Shown here: piece after piece, positions 1 through 9,347 of the stretch
Numbering within the stretch: the stretch's first letter is position 1
Layout of the letters: every line of letters starts with the position of its first letter
Assembly (NCBI GenBank): GCA_963748815.1
Contig: CAVVKJ010000010.1
Location: forward strand, 896,001-960,000
Source of the DNA: an uncultured Gemmatimonadales bacterium
Lineage (GTDB): Bacteria > Gemmatimonadota > Gemmatimonadetes > Gemmatimonadales > GWC2-71-9
Direction: 5' to 3'
DNA: 64,000 nucleotides
The notes under the pieces: model-generated
Told to the model about the DNA's origin: nothing
The model's database searches: none
What the model saw: only the letters and a program-made list of their open reading frames with translations
Position numbers and translations under genes: made by a program

Positions 1-648
1 CCGTCGGCGCCCGGCTTCACGAAGAACTGCATCTCCATCTGCTCGAACTCGCGGGTCCGGAAGATGAAGTTGCCGGGGGTGATCTCGTTGCGGAACGCCT
101 TGCCGATCTGCGCGATGCCGAACGGCACCTTCTGGCGCGAGCCCTGCAGCACGTTCAGGAAGTTGACGTAGATCCCCTGGGCGGTCTCCGGACGGAGGTA
201 GACGACCGCGGCCGACTCCTCCACCGGACCCATGAACGTCTTGAACATCAGGTTGAAGAGGCGCGGCTCGGTGAGTTCACAGGTCGTGTGCTGCCCGGCC
301 TTCTTGCTCGGCTTCTGCGGGCAGGCGGCGTCCTCGAGCTTGTCGGCGCGGAAGCGGGCCTTGCAGGTCTTGCAGTCGACCAGCGGGTCGGTGAAGCCGG
401 CGACGTGGCCGGAGGCCTCCCAGACCTTGCGGGTGCATCAGGATGGCGGCGTCGAGCCCCTCGATGTCGTCGCGGGCGTGGACCATGGCGCGCCACCAGC
501 GGTCCTTCACGTTCTTCTTCAGCTCGACGCCGAGCGGGCCGTAGTCCCAGACGGAGCCGAGGCCGCCGTAGATCTCGGAGGACTGGAAGACGAATCCGCG
601 CCGCTTGCAGAGCGACACGAGCTTGTCCATGAGGGTGGTGTCGGCCAT
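1..648 (-). CDS. glyQS: glycine--tRNA ligase, homodimeric (GlyQS type); runs off the window; +1 frameshift near 430, probably a sequencing error
   Basis: [34 protein letters not shown]; after the shift [44 protein letters not shown]. Confidence 0.93.
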
Positions 649-695
649 CTGCCGGCTCACAGGGAGGGAGTGAAGGAGGAGTCTGGGTACGCGGG

Positions 696-724
696 ATAAT
701 AGACGGGACGGAAGGGAGCGACAA
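696..724 (-). promoter_or_regulatory. sigma70-like promoter for glyQS
   Basis: TTGTCG-17 nt-TATTAT on the minus strand. Confidence 0.55.
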
Positions 725-849
725 GCAACGGGTTCTCTGCAAGACTTTGCACGCAATGCACGGCACGATCGGTGGTTCCTTGCGCGATTTCACCTCCACC
801 GCCCACCGCTATCTCATTTTGCCATAATCACTTATGTTTCTGGCACTGG

Positions 850-866
850 TCGGCACCCGAATTGCT
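850..866 (+). promoter_or_regulatory. sigma54 (-24/-12) promoter candidate for the minor pilin operon
   Basis: TCGGCACCCGAATTGCT, exact GG-N10-GC spacing, ~70 nt before the ATG at 937 (AGGAG RBS at 926-930). Confidence 0.6.
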
Positions 867-936
867 CCTCCGGGACCCCGTCAGGCCACCCGAGTGGCCA
901 GGAACCCGAACCACCGACCCGTAGCAGGAGTCCGCG

Positions 937-2759
937 ATGCGCCCCGAATCCACCCCCCCGGCTGTGTGCCGGCTCACGACCCTGATGGCCGACCGGCGCG
1001 GATTTGCGCTGGAGGCCACGCTGATCGTGCTGGTCCTCATCTCCGTCCTCGTCGGCGCGTCCGTCGCGAGCTACGTGATGGTGCAGCGCTCAGGGAGCGT
1101 GGACTACCGCGGCACGCGGGTCTCCTACGCCGCCGAAGCGGGCGCCGACGCCGTCATCTCCCAGCTCGCCGCCAAGATGACGGACGGCATCCTGAGCTCG
1201 GCGGACCTGGCGTCGATTACCCTGCCGGCGCTCTCGGGGTTCACCTTTGCCACGCCGAGCGTCACCGCCGTCGGATCCCCGATGCCGCGGACCATCACCT
1301 ACGGCCCGTTCAGCGGCCTGGTGGGTCTCAATCAGCAGATCGACATCGGCATCACCGCCACCGACCCCGCCAACAACCGGGCCCAGGTGGTGGTCACCGC
1401 CAACGCCCAGTCGATCCCGCTCTTCCAGTTCGGCGTGTTCTACAACGAAGACCTCGAAATCCACAACGGCCCCGTCATGGAATTCGCGGGCTGGGTGCAC
1501 ACCAACGCGAACCTCTACCTGAATTCAGGCGTCGGCACCTATTTCCACGACCTGATCACCACGCCCGACAGCCTCTTCTGGCAGCGCAAGGCCTATAACG
1601 ATCGGGCCAACAACGATCAAGATCGACGACGCCTCGGGCACCCAGCGCACGCTGAACTTCGACAGCCGGAGCAACCCCGGGCAGTCGTTCGTGACCGCCA
1701 GCAACAGCCTCTTCAACGGCCGCGTCATGACCGGGGTGAGCGGCGTGCAGCCCCTCCGCCTGCCGCTCCCGACCGGCATGGACCCGGTCGAGCTCATCCT
1801 GCCGCGCAACGGCGGCGACGACGCCGACACGCGCGCCGTCAAGTTCGCCTGGAAGGCCACCGCCCACATCACGGTGGACCTGGCCCAGCTGAACAACGTC
1901 AACACCTGCGCCGGCCTCACCATCATCGGCTCGCCGCTCCCGACCGGCGCCTCGTGCGCCATGTTCACCGGCAACGACCAGGGGTTCTGGGACGGCCGCG
2001 AGAACATCGGGGTCGACGTCTTCAACATCAACGTCGGATTGCTGCAGACCTGGGCCGCCGGCAATTCCGCCCGCGACTACAGCATCGTCTACGTCACGTT
2101 CATCAATTCGAGCTCGACGAACGCCAACCGGGACTATCCGGCGGTGCGCGTCCTCAACGGCGCCACGCTTCGCGCGCCGATCACCATCGCCACCGACCGG
2201 CCGCTCTACATCCAGGGCAACTTCAACACCATCGGCTGGCAGCCGGCATCGTTCATCGCGGACGCCCTGACGATCCTGTCCAATTCGTGGAACGACGCGA
2301 CCGGCAGCCACGTCGTGCCGACATCTGGCACCAACAGCAACGCCGGCGGCGGCAATGACCGGACGAACCCGGCCCAGAGCGGCGCCAGCCCGACCACGGT
2401 CTACGCCGCCGTCGCAGCCGGCCACTCGGCCACCCCCTGCGACTGGCAGCGCACCGGGTGCACCGTCCCGACCCCGCCCCCGGCCACCTCCAACGGCAGC
2501 TACGGCGGCGGCCTGGAAAACTTCCCCCGCTTCCTGGAGATCGTGGGGCTCGGGAAACACCATGACTTACCGCGGCTCCCTGGTGTCGCTCTTCCAGAGC
2601 CGGTACGCCGCCCGGCGCCGCTGGGCCTGGACCGGCTACTACAACGCGCCGTATCGTGACTGGGCCTTCGACCTCCGGTTCCGCGATCCGCGCAACCTCC
2701 CCCCGGGCACCCCGGTGGTCGGCAGCGTGATCCAGACCTCCTTCCGGCCGGTCTTCTAG
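937..2759 (+). CDS. large PilX-like minor pilin (~600 aa), split by two probable indel errors near 1620 and 2545
   Basis: RRGFALEATLIVLVLIS..YAAEAG N-terminus; PLFQFGVFYNEDLE, GWVHTN, GGLENFPRFLE, YRGSLVSLF, YYNAPYRDWAFD, NLPPGTP across three frames. Confidence 0.75.
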
Positions 2760-2760
2760 G

Positions 2761-3330
2761 ATGGCCGTCATGACACGAACGCACCGGCGTGGCTTCACGC
2801 TCATCGAGATGATCATCGTCATCGTCGTCATGGGACTGGCGATGATGGTCGCGGTGCCCCGGTTCCGGGTCTCCGACAAGACCAAGGCCCGCCAGATGGC
2901 CACCCAGCTGGCGGCCGATCTCGAAGTGGCCCGCTCCAAGGCGATGGCCCACCGGGCGACGGTGCGGGTGGTCTTCGACGAGGCGACCAACTCCTACACC
3001 GGGTACCTCGACTTCGACCGGGACAACGTCATCAACCAGTCGACCGCGGAACGCGACTCGCTCCACGCCTTCGGCACCAGGGTGCTCCCGACCGGGGCCT
3101 CGTTCGGCCGGTCGGGCCAGGCCGACATCACTAATTTCGCGGGCGCGGGGGCCATCACCTTCCCCTCTCCGCAAATCGACTTCGACGGCCGGGGCCTCTC
3201 CACCCCATTCGGCACCCGCGGCGTCGTGTACGTACAACTGGCGGCCGATGCCGGCGCCGTCGCCGCGGTGACCGTCTCCGGCGCGGGCGGCGTCCGGCTT
3301 TGGACTTCTGAGGGAGGGTACTGGCGATGA
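2761..3330 (+). CDS. FimT/GspH-family prepilin
   Basis: RRGFTLIEMIIVIVVMG prepilin motif; LEVARSKA. Confidence 0.85.
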   Translation: MAVMTRTHRRGFTLIEMIIVIVVMGLAMMVAVPRFRVSDKTKARQMATQLAADLEVARSKAMAHRATVRVVFDEATNSYTGYLDFDRDNVINQSTAERDSLHAFGTRVLPTGASFGRSGQADITNFAGAGAITFPSPQIDFDGRGLSTPFGTRGVVYVQLAADAGAVAAVTVSGAGGVRLWTSEGGYWR

Positions 3331-3698
3331 AGCGGAACAGTGAAGCGGGGTTCACCCTCATCTCGGTCATCATGGCGGTGGTGATCCTGAGCATCGGGAT
3401 CATGGCCCTCGGGCGCTCGCAGGCGATGCTCGTCCGCGCCCAGGCCACCAGCGCCAGCCGCGACGTCGCCCTCGGCATCGCCCGCAACTACGTCGAGGAG
3501 GTCAGGAGCCGGACCACCGAGCCCGCGTCCGAGGGCGCGACCGCGGTGGACGAGACCGGCACGGCGGCGGCCGGCGGCCACTACAGCCGCTCGCTGACGG
3601 TCACCGACCTCGGGGACGGCCTCTTCCGGGCCATCTGCAATGTCACCTACCCGCGTGGCCCGCAGCCCGTCCAAATCATCACTCTCATCTACCGGTGA
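3327..3698 (+). CDS. PilV-like minor pilin
   Basis: AGFTLISVIMAVVILSIG (Glu5 replaced by Ser); ATGA overlap with the upstream gene. Confidence 0.75.
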   Translation: MKRNSEAGFTLISVIMAVVILSIGIMALGRSQAMLVRAQATSASRDVALGIARNYVEEVRSRTTEPASEGATAVDETGTAAAGGHYSRSLTVTDLGDGLFRAICNVTYPRGPQPVQIITLIYR

Positions 3699-4627
3699 TC
3701 GCCATGCGCGTGCGTCTCCCCGCCGGCCGGGCCGGCTTTACCCTCGTCGAGCTGATGATCGCCATGATCGTCGGCCTGGTCGTGCTCGCCGCGGCCACCT
3801 CCGTCGTCGCCTCCACCTGGCGGGGCATCGCCGGCGGCCGTTCCCGTGAGGGACTGGAGCGGAACGCCCGGTTCATCAACGAGGCGCTGAACCGCGACCT
3901 CTCCGAGACCGGCGTCGGCATCGCCTCCAGCGTCCGCTTCGGCTCGCTGTCGGCCCGGAACGACACCATCGTCATCCTCAGCGTCCCCTACACCAACGGC
4001 ACCGTTGCGCCGCCGCACACCTTCCAGTACGGGGGCGCACCGCTGGCCGCCGCCACCGGGAGCTGCGGCACCTATTGCGTGGACGTCGACACGGTGGGGT
4101 GGGACCTGGCCGCCAACGACCTGGCCCTCCTGCAGGCCAACAACGAGCGGCGCGTCATCGAAGTGACCGGCGTCAGCCTCAGCGGTGCCATCGCCTCGGT
4201 CACCTTTCGCTCCGACACCACCCTGCTCCAGCACGAGGCGGCGTTCGCCCGCAACCTCACCCTGCCGAACAACGGCGTGGCGGTGACGAAACTCCGGTTC
4301 GTGTCGTATTGGGTGGAGAATGGCTCCCTGATGCGGGCCCAGGAACTGAATGCGGACGGCACGTCCAAGGGCGAACTCATCGCGACCGGCGTGGACAGCA
4401 TCCGGGTGCGTTTGGTGCTCAGCGACGGCCGCGAAGTGGGCACCGCCAACCCGGTCGACGGCGACGGCGACAACGACTGGGACGACATCCTGGCCATCCG
4501 GGTCAACGCCTGGCTGCAGGCCGACCCGCCCGACCGGCGCGTCAACAACGGGCAGCCCGTCACCCGCGCCTACGGCTGGTGGTTCGCCCCGCGGAACCTG
4601 CGCTACGAGAAGAACCGGATTAGCTGA
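3695..4627 (+). CDS. PilW-like minor pilin (alternative ATG at 3704)
   Basis: AGFTLVELMIAMIVGLVVLAA; C-terminal PRNL motif. Confidence 0.8.
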   Translation: MIAMRVRLPAGRAGFTLVELMIAMIVGLVVLAAATSVVASTWRGIAGGRSREGLERNARFINEALNRDLSETGVGIASSVRFGSLSARNDTIVILSVPYTNGTVAPPHTFQYGGAPLAAATGSCGTYCVDVDTVGWDLAANDLALLQANNERRVIEVTGVSLSGAIASVTFRSDTTLLQHEAAFARNLTLPNNGVAVTKLRFVSYWVENGSLMRAQELNADGTSKGELIATGVDSIRVRLVLSDGREVGTANPVDGDGDNDWDDILAIRVNAWLQADPPDRRVNNGQPVTRAYGWWFAPRNLRYEKNRIS

Positions 4628-4667
4628 TCCGGTCCCGCGCCAGCGGGAACCGGCCCCCGAAGGGGCC

Positions 4668-5945
4668 CTACACCTCGATGATCTGGTCCCGCCGCGTCCC
4701 CACGCTCACGTAGCGGATGGGGGCGCCGGCGAGGTCCTGCAGCCGGTCCAGGTAGGCCCGGGCCTGCGGCGGCAGGTCCGCCATCCGGCGGGCGCCCTCG
4801 GTGGATTTCATCCACCCCGGCAACACCTCGTACACCGGCTCCACCCGCTCCAGCCGCTCCACCTCCGCCGGCAGTTCCCCGCTCAGCTCCCCGTCGACCC
4901 GGTATTGCGTGCCCACCGGGATTTCGCCGAAGCTGTCCAGCACGTCGAGCTTGGTGACCGCCAGGCCGGTCAGGCCGTTGACCCGCACCGAATACCGCAC
5001 CACGTTGGCGTCGAACCACCCGCAGCGTCTGGGGCGCCCTGTGACGGCCCCGAACTCGCCGCCGATCCGCTGCAGCGCCTCTCCCCCCTCGCCCAGCGCC
5101 TCCGTCGGCAGCGGCCCGTTCCCCACCCGCGTCGTATACGCCTTCACCACCCCCAGGACACCGTCGATGGCGGTGGGGCCGATACCCGATCCGATCGAGG
5201 CGCCGCCGGCCGTGGTGTTGGAGCTGGTCACGTACGGATAGGTGCCGTGGTCCACGTCGAGCAGCGCCCCCTGGGCCCCCTCGAGCAGGACGCGCTTCCC
5301 CGAGCGCAGCGCCTGGTGCACCAGGAGCCCGGTGTCGGTGGCCAGGGGCAGCAGGCGCGGCGCCAGGCGCTCCAGGAGCGCGACATGCTCGTCCAGCGAC
5401 GCCGGGGCGGCCCCCATCATCGCCAGGAGCTTGTTGGCCCGCTCCAGGCGCTCCGCGAGCAGGCGCCGGAGCCCGGCCCCGTCCCGAAGATCAATGACCC
5501 GGACGCCGCGCCGGCCGTACTTGTCTTCGTACGTCGGCCCGATGCCCCGGCCAGTGGTGCCGATCTTCTGCGACTTCTCGCTCGCCGCGTCGAGCAGCTT
5601 GTGATAGGGGAGCACCAGGTGCGCCCGCTCCGAGATGAACAGCCGCCCCGTCGTGTCCACGCCACGGCCGGTCAGCCCGTCGAGTTCTTTGAAGAGAGTC
5701 TCGGGATCGAGCACCACGCCATTGCCGATGATGCAGCGGGCGCCGGCGTGCAGGATGCCCGAGGGAATCTGCTGCAGGATGAACTGTTCCTCGCCGATGA
5801 CCACGGTGTGGCCCGCGTTCGCCCCGCCCTGGTACCGCACCACGCAGTCGGCCCGCTCGGAGAGCACGTCGACCAGCTTGCCCTTCCCCTCGTCACCCCA
5901 CTGGGCGCCCACCACCACGACGCAGTGCGTCTTCGGATCGAACAT
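4668..5945 (-). CDS. purA: adenylosuccinate synthetase
   Basis: GAQWGDEGKGK, YQGGANAGHT, IGTTGRGIGP, EGAQG..DHGTYPYVTSS. Confidence 0.98.
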   Translation of the reverse strand: MFDPKTHCVVVVGAQWGDEGKGKLVDVLSERADCVVRYQGGANAGHTVVIGEEQFILQQIPSGILHAGARCIIGNGVVLDPETLFKELDGLTGRGVDTTGRLFISERAHLVLPYHKLLDAASEKSQKIGTTGRGIGPTYEDKYGRRGVRVIDLRDGAGLRRLLAERLERANKLLAMMGAAPASLDEHVALLERLAPRLLPLATDTGLLVHQALRSGKRVLLEGAQGALLDVDHGTYPYVTSSNTTAGGASIGSGIGPTAIDGVLGVVKAYTTRVGNGPLPTEALGEGGEALQRIGGEFGAVTGRPRRCGWFDANVVRYSVRVNGLTGLAVTKLDVLDSFGEIPVGTQYRVDGELSGELPAEVERLERVEPVYEVLPGWMKSTEGARRMADLPPQARAYLDRLQDLAGAPIRYVSVGTRRDQIIEV

Positions 5946-6010
5946 GGGTCCTCTCACGGGCTCAGGCCAACGCAAAGGGCCCCTCGCGGGGCCCGTGTAT
6001 CCTCAGGGAA

Positions 6011-6039
6011 AAGCTAGCGGGCGAACGGCTCCCGGTCAA
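6011..6039 (-). promoter_or_regulatory. sigma70-like promoter for purA
   Basis: TTGACC-17 nt-TAGCTT. Confidence 0.6.
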
Positions 6040-7118
6040 ATCGGTCCGGCGACGAGCTTGCCCACCTCCTCGGCGGTCTGAAACTCGAGTCCCGCCGGCG
6101 TGTCGCGGGGGGTGTGCATCCGCCGGAGCGTGGCCCAGTCGAGCCGCGCCACCGTCAGCGCGGCCGCGCCCGTCTGCGAGAGCGGCCGGCTGTCCACGTA
6201 GGCCCAGAGCGGCTGCCTCCGTTCCTGGACGACCGGCGCGACGCCGGCAAGCACCGCCGCCACCGACGCGGACCACCGCGCCCCCGGCGCGTCGTGCGAC
6301 ACGACGTAGAGCGTGCCCCGATCGTCGATCGTGTCGAGGTTGATCACCTCGACGCCGACCAGCTGGGGGCCATATTCCCGGGCGAAGATCCTCGCGCCCA
6401 CCAGCCCGAACTCCTCCGCCCCCGTGATGAGGATCCCCACCCCGGCAGCGGGCGCGGCCTCCGCAGCCACCAGCGCCGCCAGGAGACCCGTCCCGTTGTC
6501 CCGGGCGCCCTGGGTGGTGCCGCGCAGCGCCCCCCGCGCGGCGAGCCCGCAGGCGATGAGGGCCAGCACCGCAGCGTACGCCACCGTGTCGCCCCCGAGC
6601 GGGCCCCGGAGCCGGAGCGCCGCCAGCATGGTCAGCGTCGCGATGGCGAGCGCGGCCACCACCCCACCCACGACCCGCCCGGCCATTGAATGGCCCTGCG
6701 CCTTGGTATCGAGGTGCGCCACGATCCACCGCCGAACCGGCGCCTTCCCGCGGGTGGCCACGAGGTTGGCATCCTCCCGCACACCGCCGCCGAGCGAGGA
6801 CCAGCCGAGGGCCGTCCCGCGGACCAGCATCGCGAGCGCCCCCAGGCCGGCCACCCAGGCGGCGAGCGCGGCCCACGGCGGGGCGCCGGGAACGGTGACG
6901 AGCGGAATCTGGATCAGGGTGAGCCAGCCGAGGCCGGCGCCGAACATGGGGAGGGCGTTGAGACTGGAGGGAAAGAAGGAAAACGGCTGTTCCTCGACGG
7001 TGTAGCCCAGCGTGCGCAGATGGTCCCCGACCAGGCGCCGCGCGTGCGCCGCCGCCGGGGTGCCCGCCTCGCGGGAGGCGTCGAGCACCAGGGCGATCAG
7101 CTCACGCGGGCGCGCCAC
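6036..7118 (-). CDS. M28-family membrane metallopeptidase (GTG start)
   Basis: AHLDTK, GARDNGTG, GAEEFGLVG, INLDTI, HTPRD motifs; four hydrophobic segments. Confidence 0.8.
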   Translation of the reverse strand: MARPRELIALVLDASREAGTPAAAHARRLVGDHLRTLGYTVEEQPFSFFPSSLNALPMFGAGLGWLTLIQIPLVTVPGAPPWAALAAWVAGLGALAMLVRGTALGWSSLGGGVREDANLVATRGKAPVRRWIVAHLDTKAQGHSMAGRVVGGVVAALAIATLTMLAALRLRGPLGGDTVAYAAVLALIACGLAARGALRGTTQGARDNGTGLLAALVAAEAAPAAGVGILITGAEEFGLVGARIFAREYGPQLVGVEVINLDTIDDRGTLYVVSHDAPGARWSASVAAVLAGVAPVVQERRQPLWAYVDSRPLSQTGAAALTVARLDWATLRRMHTPRDTPAGLEFQTAEEVGKLVAGPI

Positions 7119-7120
7119 GC

Positions 7121-8191
7121 CTAGCGCGCCTTTTTCCGCCGGTCGCGCCCGGCCGGCTCCGCCTCGCCCCGCGCCGCCGCCTGCGCCGTCTCCTCGGTGA
7201 TGAGCTTCTCCTTGACCAGGTCGGCGAGGTGCTGCTCGAAGGTCTGCATCCCGTGCTGGTCGCGGCCCTCCGCCATCAGCTTGCGGAGGTCGCCCCACTT
7301 CGCCGGGTCCTTGATGCAGGCGCGCACCTGCGGCGTCCCGACCAGGATCTCGATGGCCGCGACCCGCCCCTCGTCGTCGGGCTTCGGGAGGAGCTGCTGC
7401 GAAATGATCCCGCGGAGCGCCTCCGAGAGCCGGACCCGCCCGATGTCGCGCTCATCGGGCTGGAACATCGCCACCATCCGCTCGATCGTGGTCGGCACGT
7501 CGGGGGTCGGCATGGCCGAAATGACGAGGTGCCCCGTCTCGGCGGCCTTCACCGCGATGTCGGCGGTTTCCGGATCGCGCATCTCGCCGATGAGGATCAC
7601 GTCGGGGTCCTGGCGCAGCGCGGCGCGCAGGCCGATGGCCATGCTCGCGGTGTCCACCCCCACCTCGCGCTGCGTCACCGAACAGTTGATGTCCCGGTGC
7701 AGGAACTCGATCGGGTTCTCGATGGTGACCACGTGCTTCTGCCTGGTGCGATTGATGTGCTCGATGATGGCGGCCACCGTGCTCGTCTTGCCGCTCCCGC
7801 TGACGCCGGTCACCAGCACCAGCCCGCGCTCGGCCTCGGCCAGCGTCGACACCACCTCGGGGAGGCCGAGCGAGGCCACCGACGGCACCGCGAAGGGAAT
7901 GACCCGCATCACGATCATGAAGGACGAGCGCTGCCGCAGGACGTTGACGCGGAAGCGACCCACCCCCGGCATGCCCCACGAGCAGTCGAAGTCCCGGAGC
8001 CGGTCGAGATGCGCCCGGTCCTCCTCGCTGGCGATCAGCTTGTGCGCGATGGCGCGCGTCTGGTCGGGGGTGAGGCGCTGCTTGGTCAGGGGGACGAGCC
8101 GCCCGTTGATGCGGGCGCGAAAGACGTCGCCCGCCTTGATGTGCAGGTCGGACGCCCCACGTTCGACGGCAGCCTTGATGATTTTTTCCAT
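7121..8191 (-). CDS. pilT: PilT/PilU-family type IV pilus ATPase (divergent motifs)
   Basis: GASDLHIKAG, RFRVN, GVSGSGKTST, LRAALRQDPDVILIGEMRD, AETGH, GMQTFEQ. Confidence 0.9.
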   Translation of the reverse strand: MEKIIKAAVERGASDLHIKAGDVFRARINGRLVPLTKQRLTPDQTRAIAHKLIASEEDRAHLDRLRDFDCSWGMPGVGRFRVNVLRQRSSFMIVMRVIPFAVPSVASLGLPEVVSTLAEAERGLVLVTGVSGSGKTSTVAAIIEHINRTRQKHVVTIENPIEFLHRDINCSVTQREVGVDTASMAIGLRAALRQDPDVILIGEMRDPETADIAVKAAETGHLVISAMPTPDVPTTIERMVAMFQPDERDIGRVRLSEALRGIISQQLLPKPDDEGRVAAIEILVGTPQVRACIKDPAKWGDLRKLMAEGRDQHGMQTFEQHLADLVKEKLITEETAQAAARGEAEPAGRDRRKKAR

Positions 8192-8197
8192 GGAACC

Positions 8198-9199
8198 TCA
8201 GCCCCTCGGGTTGGTGGGCGGCAGGAATCCCATTCGCGACTTCACCTCGTCCAGCGTGGTCCGGGCCACCGCGCGCGCGCGCGCCGCGCCGTCGGCCAGC
8301 AGCGCCCGCACCGCGCCCTCGTCGGCCCGCAGCGCCACCGCCCGCTCCCGGATCGGGGCCAGCGCGGCCGACATGTGGTCCGCCAGCACCCGCTTGCAAT
8401 CGAGGCATCCCCACCCGGCGCCCCGACACTTTCGCGCCACCTCGGCCACGGTGGCCGGCGGGGAGAAATGCTTGTGCAGCGAGTAGATGTTGCAGATGTC
8501 GGGATTCCCGGGGTCCTTCTTGGTCACCCGCGCCGGATCGGTCATGGCCGGTCGCAGCTTCTGCCAGATCTCCTCGGGACTGTCGAGCAAGCCGATGGTG
8601 TTGCCGAGGCTCTTCGACATCTTGGCCTGCCCGTCGAGCCCCAGGATGCGCCGCGCCGGCGTCAGCAGCGACTGCGGCTCCAGCAGGTAGTCGGTGCCAC
8701 CGCCGTAGGTCGCGTTCCACCGCCGCGCGATGACCCGCGCCAGCTCGAGGTGCTGCAGCTGATCGTCGCCCACCGGCACCTGGTCGGCCCGGTACAGGAG
8801 AATGTCGGCCGCCATGAGAATGGGATAGTTGAACAGTCCCGCCGGAATGCTCTCCATCCGCTGCGACTTGTCCTTGAACTGCGTCATCCGCTCCAGTTCG
8901 CCGAGGGGGGTGACGGCGTTGAGCAGCCACATCAGCTCGGCGTGCTCCGGCACCTGCGACTGGACGAACAGCGTCGAGCGCGCCGGGTCGATGCCCGCCG
9001 CCAGGAGCCCCACCGCCATGTCGAGGGTGCGCTGCGCGAGGGTGGCGGCGTCGTGCTGCGCGGTGATGGCGTGAAGGTCGACGATGGCGAAGAAGCACTC
9101 GTGCCGGTCCTGGAGCGCAACCCAGTTCTGGACGGCGCCGAGCCAGTTCCCGATGTGCAGGTCACCGGAGGGTTGAATTCCGGAAAATATGCGGGGCAT
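8198..9199 (-). CDS. trpS: tryptophan--tRNA ligase
   Basis: FSGIQPSG, HIGN, YPILMAADIL, VPVGDDQ, KMSKS. Confidence 0.98.
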   Translation of the reverse strand: MPRIFSGIQPSGDLHIGNWLGAVQNWVALQDRHECFFAIVDLHAITAQHDAATLAQRTLDMAVGLLAAGIDPARSTLFVQSQVPEHAELMWLLNAVTPLGELERMTQFKDKSQRMESIPAGLFNYPILMAADILLYRADQVPVGDDQLQHLELARVIARRWNATYGGGTDYLLEPQSLLTPARRILGLDGQAKMSKSLGNTIGLLDSPEEIWQKLRPAMTDPARVTKKDPGNPDICNIYSLHKHFSPPATVAEVARKCRGAGWGCLDCKRVLADHMSAALAPIRERAVALRADEGAVRALLADGAARARAVARTTLDEVKSRMGFLPPTNPRG

Positions 9200-9204
9200 T
9201 CGGT

Positions 9205-9233
9205 AAGCTACCAACTCGCGGCTGAGGCCGCAA
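9205..9233 (-). promoter_or_regulatory. promoter for a probably leaderless trpS mRNA
   Basis: TTGCGG-17-TAGCTT with extended TG; -10 ends 5 nt before the ATG; no SD. Confidence 0.55.
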
Positions 9234-9257
9234 GTGAATATCGGGGAATGACTTAGT

Positions 9258-9335
9258 GGACTGAGGACTGAGGACTGAGGACTGAGGACTGGGGACTGGG
9301 GACTGAGGACTGGAGGACTGAGGACTGAGGACTGA
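9258..9335. repeat. tandem heptamer (GGACTGA/GGACTGG), 11 units
   Basis: Direct reading; one unit is 8 nt. Confidence 0.95.
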
Positions 9336-9347
9336 GCGGCAGGGTAG

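Noticed and set aside
9258..9335. Possible CRISPR array (also 50751-50803)
   Set aside because: 7-8 bp tandem units with no unique spacers and no cas genes
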